A DNA stretch of 64,000 nucleotides, taken from the NCBI GenBank assembly GCA_964035545.1, contig OZ037766.1:12390722-12454721 (forward strand), written 5' to 3'. The notes under the pieces are model-generated. The model saw nothing but the letters and a program-made list of their open reading frames with translations, searched no databases and was not told the origin of the DNA. This document shows positions 13,875 to 25,841 of the stretch, one piece after another. Every line of letters begins with the position of its first letter. Positions within the stretch are counted from its first letter, which is position 1. A program made the translations under genes and the position numbers. The stretch is from Bugula neritina. Taxonomy: Eukaryota > Animalia > Bryozoa.

Positions 13875-14622
13875 CAGGTCTGTTGGGAGTTATTATAGCC
13901 CCTTTACCCAGAACAATGTGTACAATTTCTGCGAGATAAAAATGAGAAGTCAGGCTAAATAATATACTGCATGTTCTTCACAGTGTCTCTTCCATCACCA
14001 TTCTCTTTCACTTTCTGCAGTAATACTGTTTCATCCTTTCGAAAATGACAATGAAGCAAGTCTCAAGCTGCTGCTACCCTGCTACAATCAGCTCCATGTC
14101 GTAACAGAAGCAGCACACTATCTACACTACCTATTTTGGCACCAATATGCATGGGAGTGTGTAACTCTGTTGCAGGTGAAAGGTCACAATGGTGTAGACT
14201 AGTTTGTCTTAAAGTACAGCATGTTTTCCACATTCATTACTTTACTCCTTGCATGTCTGCTTTTTCTATGAATTTTAAAATCTCATCATCTAGTACATAC
14301 CATGAAAGTCTTTATTCATTGGCTTTGAACAGAAGTTCATCAGTCAGCTTGACCATGCATGTGCTCCTCCCACCTTTTACCACAATCTCATCTTCTACCA
14401 TCATCTCATCTTCCACTACCATCTCATCTTTTGCCATCTTCACTTCTTAGCCCAACGATTTTCTTTCACTTTGATGAGAGCCAAACCTATAGTGTAGGGC
14501 TAAAAATAATAGCCGGTAAATCACTCTAGTTGGTCCAGTTACCACATCAGGTGGGATGACAAATCGGATCTTGTGCTAACATCCCTGCACTTCTGGCATC
14601 CACCAAAAAACTGATACGGAAG
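13875..14622 (-). pseudogene. Decayed ZU5/ANK copy in U3
   Basis: ZU5 exon from 14622; uninterrupted ankyrin repeat ATELHTPMHIGAKIGSVDSVLLLLRHGADCSRVAAA* at ~14173-14063. Confidence 0.8.
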
Positions 14623-16071
14623 CTAAAATATGATGGTACACATACATCATCACACTTGAGAGTCAAATATCTACCAGTAGAAAAAGATAAAGCTTGTCTT
14701 ACAACACTGAATCTACAATGTATATTCCAATAAGGAAGCGACTAATGCATGAAACAAATGAGCTAGATTGTTTCTAGACTGAAAGATAGCCCTAATACAA
14801 ACAACAGCACATAAGAATAACTCTGCATGCATTCTATCAGCTTTGCATGAATTTAAAGTTTTCAAAATAAAGAATACTTAGCAAGGCTTTTTTGCTGAAG
14901 GAGTTAATGTTAAGCAGGCTTTTGTAAAAATACCCTGCCTTACATTCTGATAGGATTGAACCTACAATAAAAATGACTGAAATTACACAATAATCTCTCA
15001 GCATGCCATCACCTCAACATCTCCAAGACATATCAAACTGGCAACACTTCAAATCTCAAATTTGCCTTACAATTTCAATTTTATTACATTTCAGTTTATG
15101 AAACAACTATTTAAACCATTTTGACAGTAATGCTTACGTACAAAGTTGATCACTCTTTGATAAAAAACATTTCAAAACAATATTGTCTGTACAACTGGTT
15201 ATTCACACAATATCAAATGAAATAATGTATTATTTTCTGTTGAAGTTTCATCAATACAATTCATGATTAAAATATCAGCACTCCCGTAGAATGTGATATA
15301 TTTTACACATGCAAGCAAAGTAATATCTAGATTATTATAAAAGCAACACATAGAAAAATATATACCAATGTCTATAAGTCAAATTAAAGGCAGCTTATTA
15401 AAGAATATTTTGTGTACAGAGATGAGTGTATAAGTATGGAACATATCATATGTTTAATGGACACAAATAATAATGTCATGAGACTATGGTTATAGAATTA
15501 AAATAACTTTTCTATCTGCCAAACATAATAACTTAATATTATTAAGACACTATTTAATACCAGTTTATAAATGATTGATAGTGCTACTGGTACTTTGGCA
15601 GCTGAATTTTCTAGTAATAAAACTCCTATGACAATATCTAAAAGAAAACTTGTACAAATAAAAAATTGGTAAAATATCTACCTAAATAATTATATATCAT
15701 ATTGATAATAAATATAAGAGAAGTAAAGTTACTGTCAGATTAAATGCATAAAACTTTTTCTAAATTAGCAAAAGACAACTTCGAGTTGAAAGTTATATAA
15801 TGCTGTAGTTGTAGCTGCTGAATCTATCAAATCTTGTATGAGAAACATAATGTTATGACGTAATAATCTCTTAAGAGTAACTATTTTCTCTTTTTCATAT
15901 TAGAAGAGATAAATAATTGCATAATTATTGCCTCACCCTGTATAAAGTCAGTAGCTTTATTATTCATATATTAGAAAAAGCAATTATTTTAGACTTTCCT
16001 ACATAGAAAGTAATTGCTAGCAAACAAGCCATGTATTACTATTTTGTTAATATTCTACTATTTTGCTCTAA

Positions 16072-17686
16072 GATATACCAATTAAATATTACAAACATTC
16101 TTTTATTTGCTTCTGGTTGAAAAAATGATTAAAGAAGCTTGTCAAAAAACTGCTATTTCTAACTTTGAAGAAATGCAAAGCCATCATGGGGGCAGAGGTC
16201 TATAACTTTGATAGCTAATGACCCAAAAGATCATATTATTTTGAAAAAAAATTTAACTCATGCAAATTGCTACGAAAGCCCTATTATCATGTACATGTAT
16301 ATCAAGGGTTGTGATGAAAGAGTTTTTATTGTTGCTAGCCAATATAATGAATTGTGATGTCATACAACAATGGTACGTATCTCAAAGTGTAATAACTAAA
16401 ATATTGTCAATTTAAAACAAATTCAAACTCAAGTGTATCTACTATATAATATTTATCTGCATGCCAATAGATCTCTCAATTTACATTCTAATACTAATAC
16501 TGAAGAAAAAATAAATGAAGTTAAACTGCATTAACCCATTAGCTGCTTCTCACATAATTCAGAACAGATAACCCAATAATTTTCAGGCAAGTAAAGTTTA
16601 TAAATTTATATATATTTTAGTTGTAAGCAATTAATTTCTCACCAGCATTTTGAAGTTGATGTTTTTTTATTGAATAAGATAATGTTATTTTTGGTATTCT
16701 AACTTATATGTGATGTAGGTTTTGTGGAATTCCTATCTGTTGAATACCTTAAACAGTCTAAGATACAAACATGCAGTGTCAATGTTTAGGTATAACATTT
16801 GCTTAATTCAATGATAGACAAAATTGAATTGAGAAGGCTAAATCTAAAACTATGTAAGTCGCCTATACCAAGTTATATTACTAAATAAAAAAGTTTGTTT
16901 CCTTATAGCTGTTTAGTTTATGTAATCAGGAGTCTGATCACTTTGTAGAGTTTGAAATATACAAACAATTTTCTAATCAACTCCAATATTACATTACCAC
17001 ATTGAAGGTCTCATTTTAAAGTTTACTCCTGTGAAAAACATATGAAAAATTTAATCTTGTAGTTGCTATAAAAAGAAGAAATGACAAGGTTTTATAAGCC
17101 TTAAAATTAACTCAGGGGTTTAAAACTGAAAACAAGTTCTGCTTTTTCTATAAGCATTGCTTTTGTAAACCCTTCTTCCTTTCAAACAATTTCAAAATCT
17201 AGTCTCTAAAAAAAAGCACTGCAAGTTTATGTGTTTAACTACAGTGGAACCTTTAAAATTTGTTCAATAAATCTTACAGCTGCAAAGAATTTGTTTCCAT
17301 GCAACTCTCTATTTTAGAATATTTGCAAAAGCAGTAACAGCACTTTTTATATTTTATACTAGCTTTTAAGTCTAGGCAAACGTTGTATTCACAAATTACT
17401 TTTAGCTTTCGAGGGGTGGCAATAATATCATCAACTAATTTGCTTAAACAAACAAGAGTGGATAACTCATAATAGCTTTACTTGCTAAGAAATCATATTA
17501 AACTAGAGCCTTATGAAAAGAGCAAAAAACCTTTGTAGTGTATACAAATTTGACGTTATGCTGTGAGCAAGTATTTACTTTATGCAATGCTTAACTCCAA
17601 TCAGAATTTAAAATTTTAAATTGATACACTTGAGGATACTCACAGGAATTAACTCAAATGCATTAACATTGAATTGAAATCTCAAG
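16072..17686 (+). pseudogene. Putative decayed TIR/death-domain gene, U4
   Basis: Homologous to the U2/U3 copies with the same stops and the same donor (17687). Confidence 0.4.
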
Positions 17687-18603
17687 GTTAGTTATCAACA
17701 GTTAATTGGTAGCTGTTTAGATCTCTATTAGTATCTGTCTACTTTATATTTCTTCAAGTTTTTTATTTTTCATGGATTTTTTTGCTAATAGTTCTAAAAT
17801 TATGTTAATTGCAGCGTTGAGCACTTCATGGGTACTTCTTTATTACAAGAACTGATTCACTCATTATTTTATAATAGTAGTTAAACTTGAAACATGTTTC
17901 AGAACAGAAGTATTCTTGTGCTTGTTATTTCAACATAAACATTCTTAATAAACTTAGTTTTTGCTTTTACATGCAAGGCTATTTAAAGAAAAAAGATGCC
18001 AAAACATGTGCAAGATAAAACCTAGTTTGAAAACCCCAATGTTTAAATAATAATATTCAGAAGTATATTAAAACTAGTAGGTATACAGTTTAAAATGTTA
18101 TTTTACTAGAATGACGCAGTATTTTAAATTCTTTCCTGTATGCACTGCTCAAGTTTCACCAGTCGATTATTTATATAATTAATACTGCCTCTATAGTATG
18201 TTAATGTTAATTATTATTAAGTTAATAAACATTATTCTTATAATAACTAGTTAGACAGTATTATTATAAACATATTGTCCAAGCCTTCATTTTTGGTTTG
18301 AAATCTACCAACAAACAAATATAATTGATCATGTTGGATTTGTTTTTTTCTAAAGAACTGGGGAAAAAGTTTAAAAACAATTTAACTTTTCAGATTTTGT
18401 AATAAGAAAGGTGATAATTATGTGAAATATGTAAAATTTGAAATTTATTGCAAAAAAATTTAATTACATCAACAGCTAATTTTCTTTGTTTTATGGCTGA
18501 ATAACTCTATTGAAACATACTTTGTCAAAAGTTATCTATTTTCATATTTTATACAAGCGCATATATCATGTACATGTTGTACTTCTAAACAATTTTTTTT
18601 CAC

Positions 18604-19950
18604 AGGTCTGTTGGAAGTTATTATAGCCTCTTTACCCAGAACAATGTGTACAATTTCTGCGAGATAAAAATGGGAAGTCAGGCTAAATAATATACTGCAT
18701 GTTCTTCCCAGTGTCTTTTCCATCACCATTCTCTTTCCCTTTCTGCAGTAATACTGTTTCATCCTTTCGAAAATGACAATGATGCAAGTCTCAAGCTGAT
18801 ACTACCCTACTACAATCAGCTCCATGCCGTAACAGAAGCAGCACACTATCTACACTACCTATTCTGGCACCAATATGCATGGGAGTGTGTAACTCTGTTG
18901 CAGGTGAAAGGTCACAATGGTGTAGACTAGTTTGTCTTAAAGTACAGCATGTTTTCCACATTCATTACTTTACTCCTTGCATGTCTGCTTTTTCTATAAA
19001 TTTTAAAACATCATCGATCATCTAGCACATACCATGAAAGCCTTTATTCATTGGCTTTGAACAGAAGTTCATTAGTCAGCTTGACCATGCATGTGCTCCT
19101 CCCACCTTTCATCACCATCTCGTCTTCTACCATCATCTCATCTTCCACCACCATATCATCTCTTACCATCTTCACTTCTTAGCACAACGATTTTCTTTCA
19201 CTTTGATGAGAGCCAAACCTATTGTGTAGGGCTAAAAATAATAGCCGGCAAATCACTCTAGTTGGTCCAGTTACCACATCAGGTGGGATGACAAATCAGA
19301 TCTTGTGCTGACATCCCCGCACTTCTGGCATCCACCAAAAAACTGATACGGAAGCAAAAATATGATGGTACACATACATCATCACACTTGAGAGTCAAAT
19401 ATCTACCAGTAGAAAAGGATAAAGCTTGTCTTACAACACTGAATCTACAATGTATATTCCAATAAGGAAGCGACTAATGCATGAAACAAATGAGCTAGAT
19501 TGTTTCTAGACTGAAAGATAGTCCCAATACAGACAACAGCACACAAGAATAACTCTGCATGCATTCTATCAGCTTTGCATGAATTTAAAGTTTTCAAAAT
19601 AAAGAATACTTAGCAAGGCTTTTTTGCTGAAAGAGTAGATGTATAGCAGGCTTTTGAACAGAAGTTCATCAGTCAGCTTGACCATGCATGTGCTCCTCCC
19701 ACCTTTTACCACAATCTCATCTTCTACCATCATCTCATCTTCCACTACCGTCTCATCTTTTGCCATCTTCACTTCTTAGCCCAACGATTTTCTCTCACTT
19801 TGATGAGAGCCAAACATATGGTGTAGGGCTAAAATAATAGCCGGCAAATCACTCTCGTTGGTCCAGTTACCACATCAGGTGGGATGACAAATCGGATCTT
19901 GTGCTGACATCCCTGCACTTCTGGCATCCACCAAAAAACTGATACGGAAG
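18604..19950 (-). pseudogene. Decayed ZU5/ANK copy in U4 (two ZU5 exon copies)
   Basis: ZU5 exons from 19950 and 19354; ANK remnant HTPMHIGARIGSVDSVLLLLRHGAD at ~18890-18815. Confidence 0.8.
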
Positions 19951-21374
19951 CTAAAATACATCATCACACTTGAGAGTCAAATATCTACCAGTAGAAAAGG
20001 ATAAAGCTTGTCTTACAACACTGAATCTACAATGTATATTCCAATAAGGAAGCGACTAATGCATGAAATGAATGAGCTAGATTGTTTCTAGACTGAAAGA
20101 TAGCCCTAATACAGACAACAGCACACAAGAATAACTCTGCATGCATTCTATCAGCTTTGCATGAATTTAAAGTATTCAAAATAAGGAATACTTAGCAAGG
20201 CTTATTTACTGGAGGAGTTAATGTTAAGCAGGCTTTTGTAAAAATACCCTGCCTTACATTCTGATAGGATTGAACCTACAGTAAAAATGACTGAAATCAC
20301 ACAATAATCTCGCAGCATGCCATCACCTCAACATCTCCAAGACATATCAAACTGGCAACACTTCAAATCTCAAATTTGCCTTCCAACTTCAATTTTATTA
20401 CATTTCAGTTTATGAAACAACTATTTAAACCATTTTGACAGTAATGCTTATGTACAAAGTTGATCACTCTTTGATACAAAACATTTCAAAACAATATTGT
20501 CTGTACAACTGGTTATTCACACAATATCAAATGAAATAATGTATTATTTTCTGTTAAAGTTTCATCAATACAATTCACGATTAAAATATCAGCACTACTG
20601 TAGATTGTGATATATTTTACACATGCATGCAAAGCGATATCTAGATTATTATAAAAGCAACACATAAAAAAAATATATCAATGTCTATAAGTCAAATTAA
20701 AGGCAGCTTATTAAAGAATATTTTGTGTACAGAGTTGAGTGTATAAGTATGGAACATATCATATGTTTAATGGACACAAATAATAATGTCATGATATTAT
20801 AATTATAGAATTAAAATAACTTTTCTATCTGCCAACATAATGAGTTAATATTATTAAGACACTATACCAGTTTATAAATGATTGATAATGCTACTGGTAC
20901 TTTGGCAGCTGAATTTACTAGTAATAAAACTCCTATGACAATATCTAAAAGAAAACTTGTACAAATAAAAAACTATCAAAATATCTGCCTAAATATATAT
21001 CATATTGATAATAAATATAAGAGAAGTAAAGTTGCTGTCAGAGTAAATGCATAAAACTTTTTCTAAATTAGCAAAAGAAAACTTTGAGTTGAAAGTTATA
21101 ATATAATGCTGTAGTTGTTGCTGCTGAATCTATCAAATCTTGTATGAGAAACATAATGTTATGACATAATAATCTCTGAGGAGTAACTATTTTTTTGCAT
21201 GTTAAAAGAGATAAATAATTGCATAATTGTTGCCTCATTCTGTATAAAGTCAGTAGCTTTATTATTCATATATTAGAAAAAGCAATTATTTTAGACTTTC
21301 CTACATAAGAAGTAATTGCTAGCAAACAAGCCGGGTATTACTATTTTGTTAATATTTTACTATTTTGCTCTAAG

Positions 21375-22958
21375 ATATATTAAATAAATATTACAAAAAT
21401 TCTTTTATTTAAGCCATGGTTATGAAAAAGATTAAAGAAGCTTCTCGGAAAGCTACTATTTCTAATTTTGAAGAAATGCAAAGCCATCATGGGGGCAGAA
21501 GTTTATAACTTTGATAGCAGCTAATGATGATCCAAAAGATCACGTTTTGAAAAACAATTAAATTATGCAAATTGCTACAAAAGTCCTATTATTGTGTATA
21601 TCAAGGGTTGTGATGAACGAGTTTTTATTGTTGCTAGCCAATAAATAATTGTGGTGTCATACAACAATGGTATCCCAAAGCGTAATAACTAAAATATTGT
21701 CAATTTATAGAACAAATTAAAACTTAAGTGTATGTACTATATAATATATATCTGCATGCTAATAAATGCCTGATCAATCTACCTTTTAGTATTACAAAAA
21801 AAAAGTAAATGAAGTTAAACTGCATTAACCCATTAGCTGCTTCTCACACAACATAGAGTAGATAACCCAATAATTTTCAGGCAAGTAAAGTTTATAAATT
21901 TATATATATTTTAGTTGTAAGCAATCAATTTCACACCAGCATTTTGAAGTTGATGTTTTTTTATTGAATAAGATAATTTTATTTTTGGTATTCTAACTTA
22001 TAGGTGATATAGGTTTTGTGGAATTCCTATCTGTTGAATACCTTAAAAAGTCTAAGATGCAAACATGCAGTGTCAATGTTTAGGTACAAAGTTGGCTTAC
22101 AATGATAGACAAAATTGAGTTGAAAAGGCTAAATCTAAAACTATGTAAGCCGTCTATACCAAGTTATATTACTAAATAAGAAAGTTTGTATGCTTATACG
22201 TGTTTAGTTTATATGATCAGGAGTCTGAACACTTTGTAGAGTTTGAGATATATAAACTATTTTCTAATTAACTCCAATATTACACTACCACATTGAAGGT
22301 CTCATTTTAAAGTTTACTCCTGTGAAAAACATATGAAAAATTTAATCTTGTAGTTGCTATAAAAAGAAGAAATGACAAGATTTTATAAGCCTTAAAATTA
22401 ACTCAGGGGTTTAAAACTGAAAACAAGTTCTGCTTTTTCTATAAGCATTGCTTTTGTAAACCCTTCAAACAATTTCAAAATCTAGTCTCTAAAAAAAAGC
22501 ACTGCAAGTTTATGTGTTTAACTACAGTGGAGCCTTTAAAATTTGTTCAATAAATCTTACAGCTGCAAAGAATTTGTTTCCATGCAACTCTCTATCTTAG
22601 AATATTTGCAAAAGCAGTAACAGCATTTTTTATATTTTATACTAGCTTTTAAACTTAAGTCTGGGCAAACGTTGTATTCACAAATTACTTTTAGCTTTTG
22701 AGGGGTGGCAATAATGCCATCAACTAATTTGCTTAAACAAGCAAGAGTGGATAAGTTATAATAGCTTTACTTGCAAAGGAATCCTATTAAACTAGAGCCT
22801 TATGAGAAGAGCAAGAAACCTTTGACGTTATGCTGTGAGCAAGTATTTACTTTATGCAATGCTTAACTCCAAACAGAATTTAAAATTTTGAATTGATACA
22901 CTTGAGGATACTCACAGGAATTAACTCAAATTTATTAACATTGAATTGAAATCTCAAG
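21375..22958 (+). pseudogene. Putative decayed TIR/death-domain gene, U5
   Basis: 21400-21432 reads FFYLSHGYEKD, resembling TIR box 1 (F.SH/SY...D); the remainder is homologous to the other copies. Confidence 0.42.
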
Positions 22959-23885
22959 GTTAGTTATCAACAGTTAATTGGTAGCTGTTTAGATCTCTAT
23001 TAGTATCTGTTTACTTTATACTTTACATTAATTCTTTAGGTTTTTTATTTTTCATGGTTTTTTTTGCTAATAGTTATAAAATTATGTTAATTGCATCGTT
23101 GAGCACTTCATGGGTACTTCTTCTTTATTACAAGAACTGATTCACTCATTATATTTTTATAATAGTAGCCAAACTTGAAACATGTTTCATAACAGAAGTA
23201 TTCTTGTGCTTGTTATTTCAACATAAACATTCTTAATAAACTTAGTTTTTGCTTTTACATGCAAGGCTATTTAAAGAAAAAAGATGCCAAAACATGTGCA
23301 AGATAAAACCTAGTTTGAAAACCCCAATGTTTAAATAATAATATTCAGAAGTATATTAAAACTAGTATACAGTTTAAAATGTTATTTTACTAGAATGACG
23401 CAGTATTTTAAATTCTTTCCTGTATGCACTGCTCAAATTTCACCAGTCGATTATTTATATAATTAATACTGCCTCTGTAGTATGTTAACGTTAATTATCA
23501 TTAAGTTAATAAACATTATTCTTATAATAACTAATTAGACAGTAATACGTTATTATAAACATATTGTCCAAACCTTCATGTTTGGTTTAAAATCTACCAA
23601 CAAACAAATATTGATTTTGGATTTGTTTGTTTCTAAATAACTGGGGAAAAAGTTTAAAAACAATTTAACTTTTCAGATTTTGTAGTAAGAAAGGTGATAA
23701 TTATGTGAATTATGTAAAATTTGAAGTTTATTGCAAAAAAAAATAATTACATCAACAGCTAATTTTTTTTGTTTTATGGCTGAATAACTCTATTGAAACA
23801 TACTTTGTCAAAAGTTATTTATTTTCATATTTTATACAAGGGCATATATCATGTACATGTTGTACTTCTAAACAATTTTTTTTCA

Positions 23886-24631
23886 CAGGTCTGTTGGAAG
23901 TTATTATAGCCTCTTTACCCAGAACAATGTGTACAATTTCTGCAAGATAAAAATGGGAAGTCAGGCTAAATAATATACTGCATGCTCTTCCCAGTGTCTT
24001 TTCCATCACCATTCTCTTTCACTTTCTGCAGTAATACTGTTTCATTCTTTCGAAAATGACAATGATGCAAGTCTCAAGCTGCTACTACCCTGCTACAATC
24101 AGCTCCATGTCGTAACAGAAGCAGCACACTATCTACACTGCCTATTTTGGCACCAATAGGCATGGGAGTGTGTAACTCTGTTGCAGGTGAAAGGTCACAA
24201 TGGTGTAGACTAGTTTGTCTTAAAGTACAGCATGTTTTCCACATTCAATACTTTACTCCTTGCATGTCTGCTTTTTCTATAAATTTCAAAATCTCATCAT
24301 CTAGTACATACCATGAAAGTCTTTATTCATTGGCTTTGAACAGAAGTTCATCAGTCAGCTTGACCATGCATTTGCTCCTCCCACCTTTTACCACAATCTC
24401 ATCTTCTACCATCATCTCATCTTGCACCACCATCTCATCTTTTGCCATCTTCACTTCTTAGCCCAACGATTTTCTTTCACTTTATGAGAGCCAAACCTAT
24501 AGTGTAGGGCTAAAATAATAGCCGGTAAATCACTCTAGTTGGTCCAGTTACCACATCAGGTGGGATGACAAATCGGGTCTTGTGCTGACATCCCTGCACT
24601 TCTGGCATCCACCAAAAAACTGATACGGAAG
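23886..24631 (-). pseudogene. Decayed ZU5/ANK copy in U5
   Basis: ZU5 exon from 24631; ANK remnant HTPMPIGAKIGSVDSVLLLLRHGAD at ~24172-24098. Confidence 0.8.
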
Positions 24632-25088
24632 CTAAAATATGATGGTACACATACATCACCACACTTGAGAGTCAAATATCTACCAGTAGAAAAAGATAAA
24701 GCTTGTCTTACAACACTGAATCTACAATGTATATTCCAATAAGGAAGCGACTAATGCATGAAATGAATGAGCTAGATTGTTTCTAGACTGAAAGATAGCC
24801 CTAATACAGACAACAGCCCACAAGAATAACTCTGCATGCATTCTATCAGCTTTGCATGAATTTAAAGTTTTCAAAATAAAGAATACTTAGCAAGGCTTTT
24901 TTGCTGAAGGAGTAGATGTATAGCAGGCATTTGTAAAAACACATTGCCTTACATTCTAATAGGATTGAATCTACAGTAAAAATGACTGAAATTACACAAT
25001 AATCTCTTAGGATGCCATCACCTCAACATCTCCAAGACATATCAAATCGGCAACACTTCAAATCTCAAACTTGCCTTCCAACTTCAAT

Positions 25089-25094
25089 TTTATT
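25089..25094 (-). terminator. Candidate polyadenylation signal (AATAAA) of LOXHD1
   Basis: First minus-strand AATAAA I found downstream of the stop at 25842 (~750 nt UTR); homologous copies at 5099, 10381, 15080, 20394. Confidence 0.5.
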
Positions 25095-25841
25095 ACATTA
25101 CAATTTATGAACCAACTATTTAAACCATTTTGACAGTAACGTTGCCCTAGTTGGTCACTTTTTTATACAAAGCATTCTAAAATAATATTGTCTGTACAAC
25201 TGGTTATTTTGAATTTTTTTCACGCAATATTAAATGCATTAATGTATTATTTTGTGTTAAAATGTCTCCAATAAAATCCATGATTGAAATATCAGCACTT
25301 TTGTAGAACATGTTATATTTTCATTCTACACATGCAAGCAAGGCAATATCTAGATTATTGTAAAAGCATCGCATACAAAATAACAAAATATAGATCAATG
25401 TTTATAAATCTGATTAAAAACAGCTTATTAAAGAGTATTTCATGTAAAGATTAGGTTCTTACGGACGGAACATATGTTTGTGGACACTAATAATAATAAT
25501 GTTGTGAGGTTATGGTAAACTTTAAATAGGTAACTTTTTGTATCATCTGCCAACATAATGAGTTAATATTAATAAGACACTATACCAGTTTATAAATGAT
25601 TGATAATGCTACTGGTACTTTGATAGCTAATTTTTCTAGTAATAAAACTCCTATGACAACATCTAAAGGAAAACTTGTACAAATAAAAAGCCATCAAAAC
25701 ACCTACTTAAATATATATTAATAGTAATAAATGTAAGTGATGACTAAAATTGGCTTCCAATTTGAAAGCATAAGTGTTTTCTAAATTAATACATAAACAT
25801 CAGCAGAACAAATTTTTCCTGGTAAATCAGTAAATGTCATT

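Larger units (their letters stand above)
1..25790. repeat. Tandem segmental-duplication array of five units (U1 ~50-6030, U2 ~6030-11325, U3 ~11325-16025, U4 ~16025-21325, U5 ~21325-25790); probably continues left of the window
   Basis: Landmarks recur: AACAAGCC near 50/6030/11325/16025/21325; TTTAGATCTCT near 1745/7716/12992/17717/22989. Near-identical ORFs are offset by ~10,010 bp (8522/18532, 9556/19569, 14136/24147). Confidence 0.97.

Noticed and set aside
6030-25790. Array as a pure assembly artefact
   Set aside because: Units differ by many substitutions and indels with hierarchical shared variants and diverged edges; exact copy number still needs long-read confirmation.
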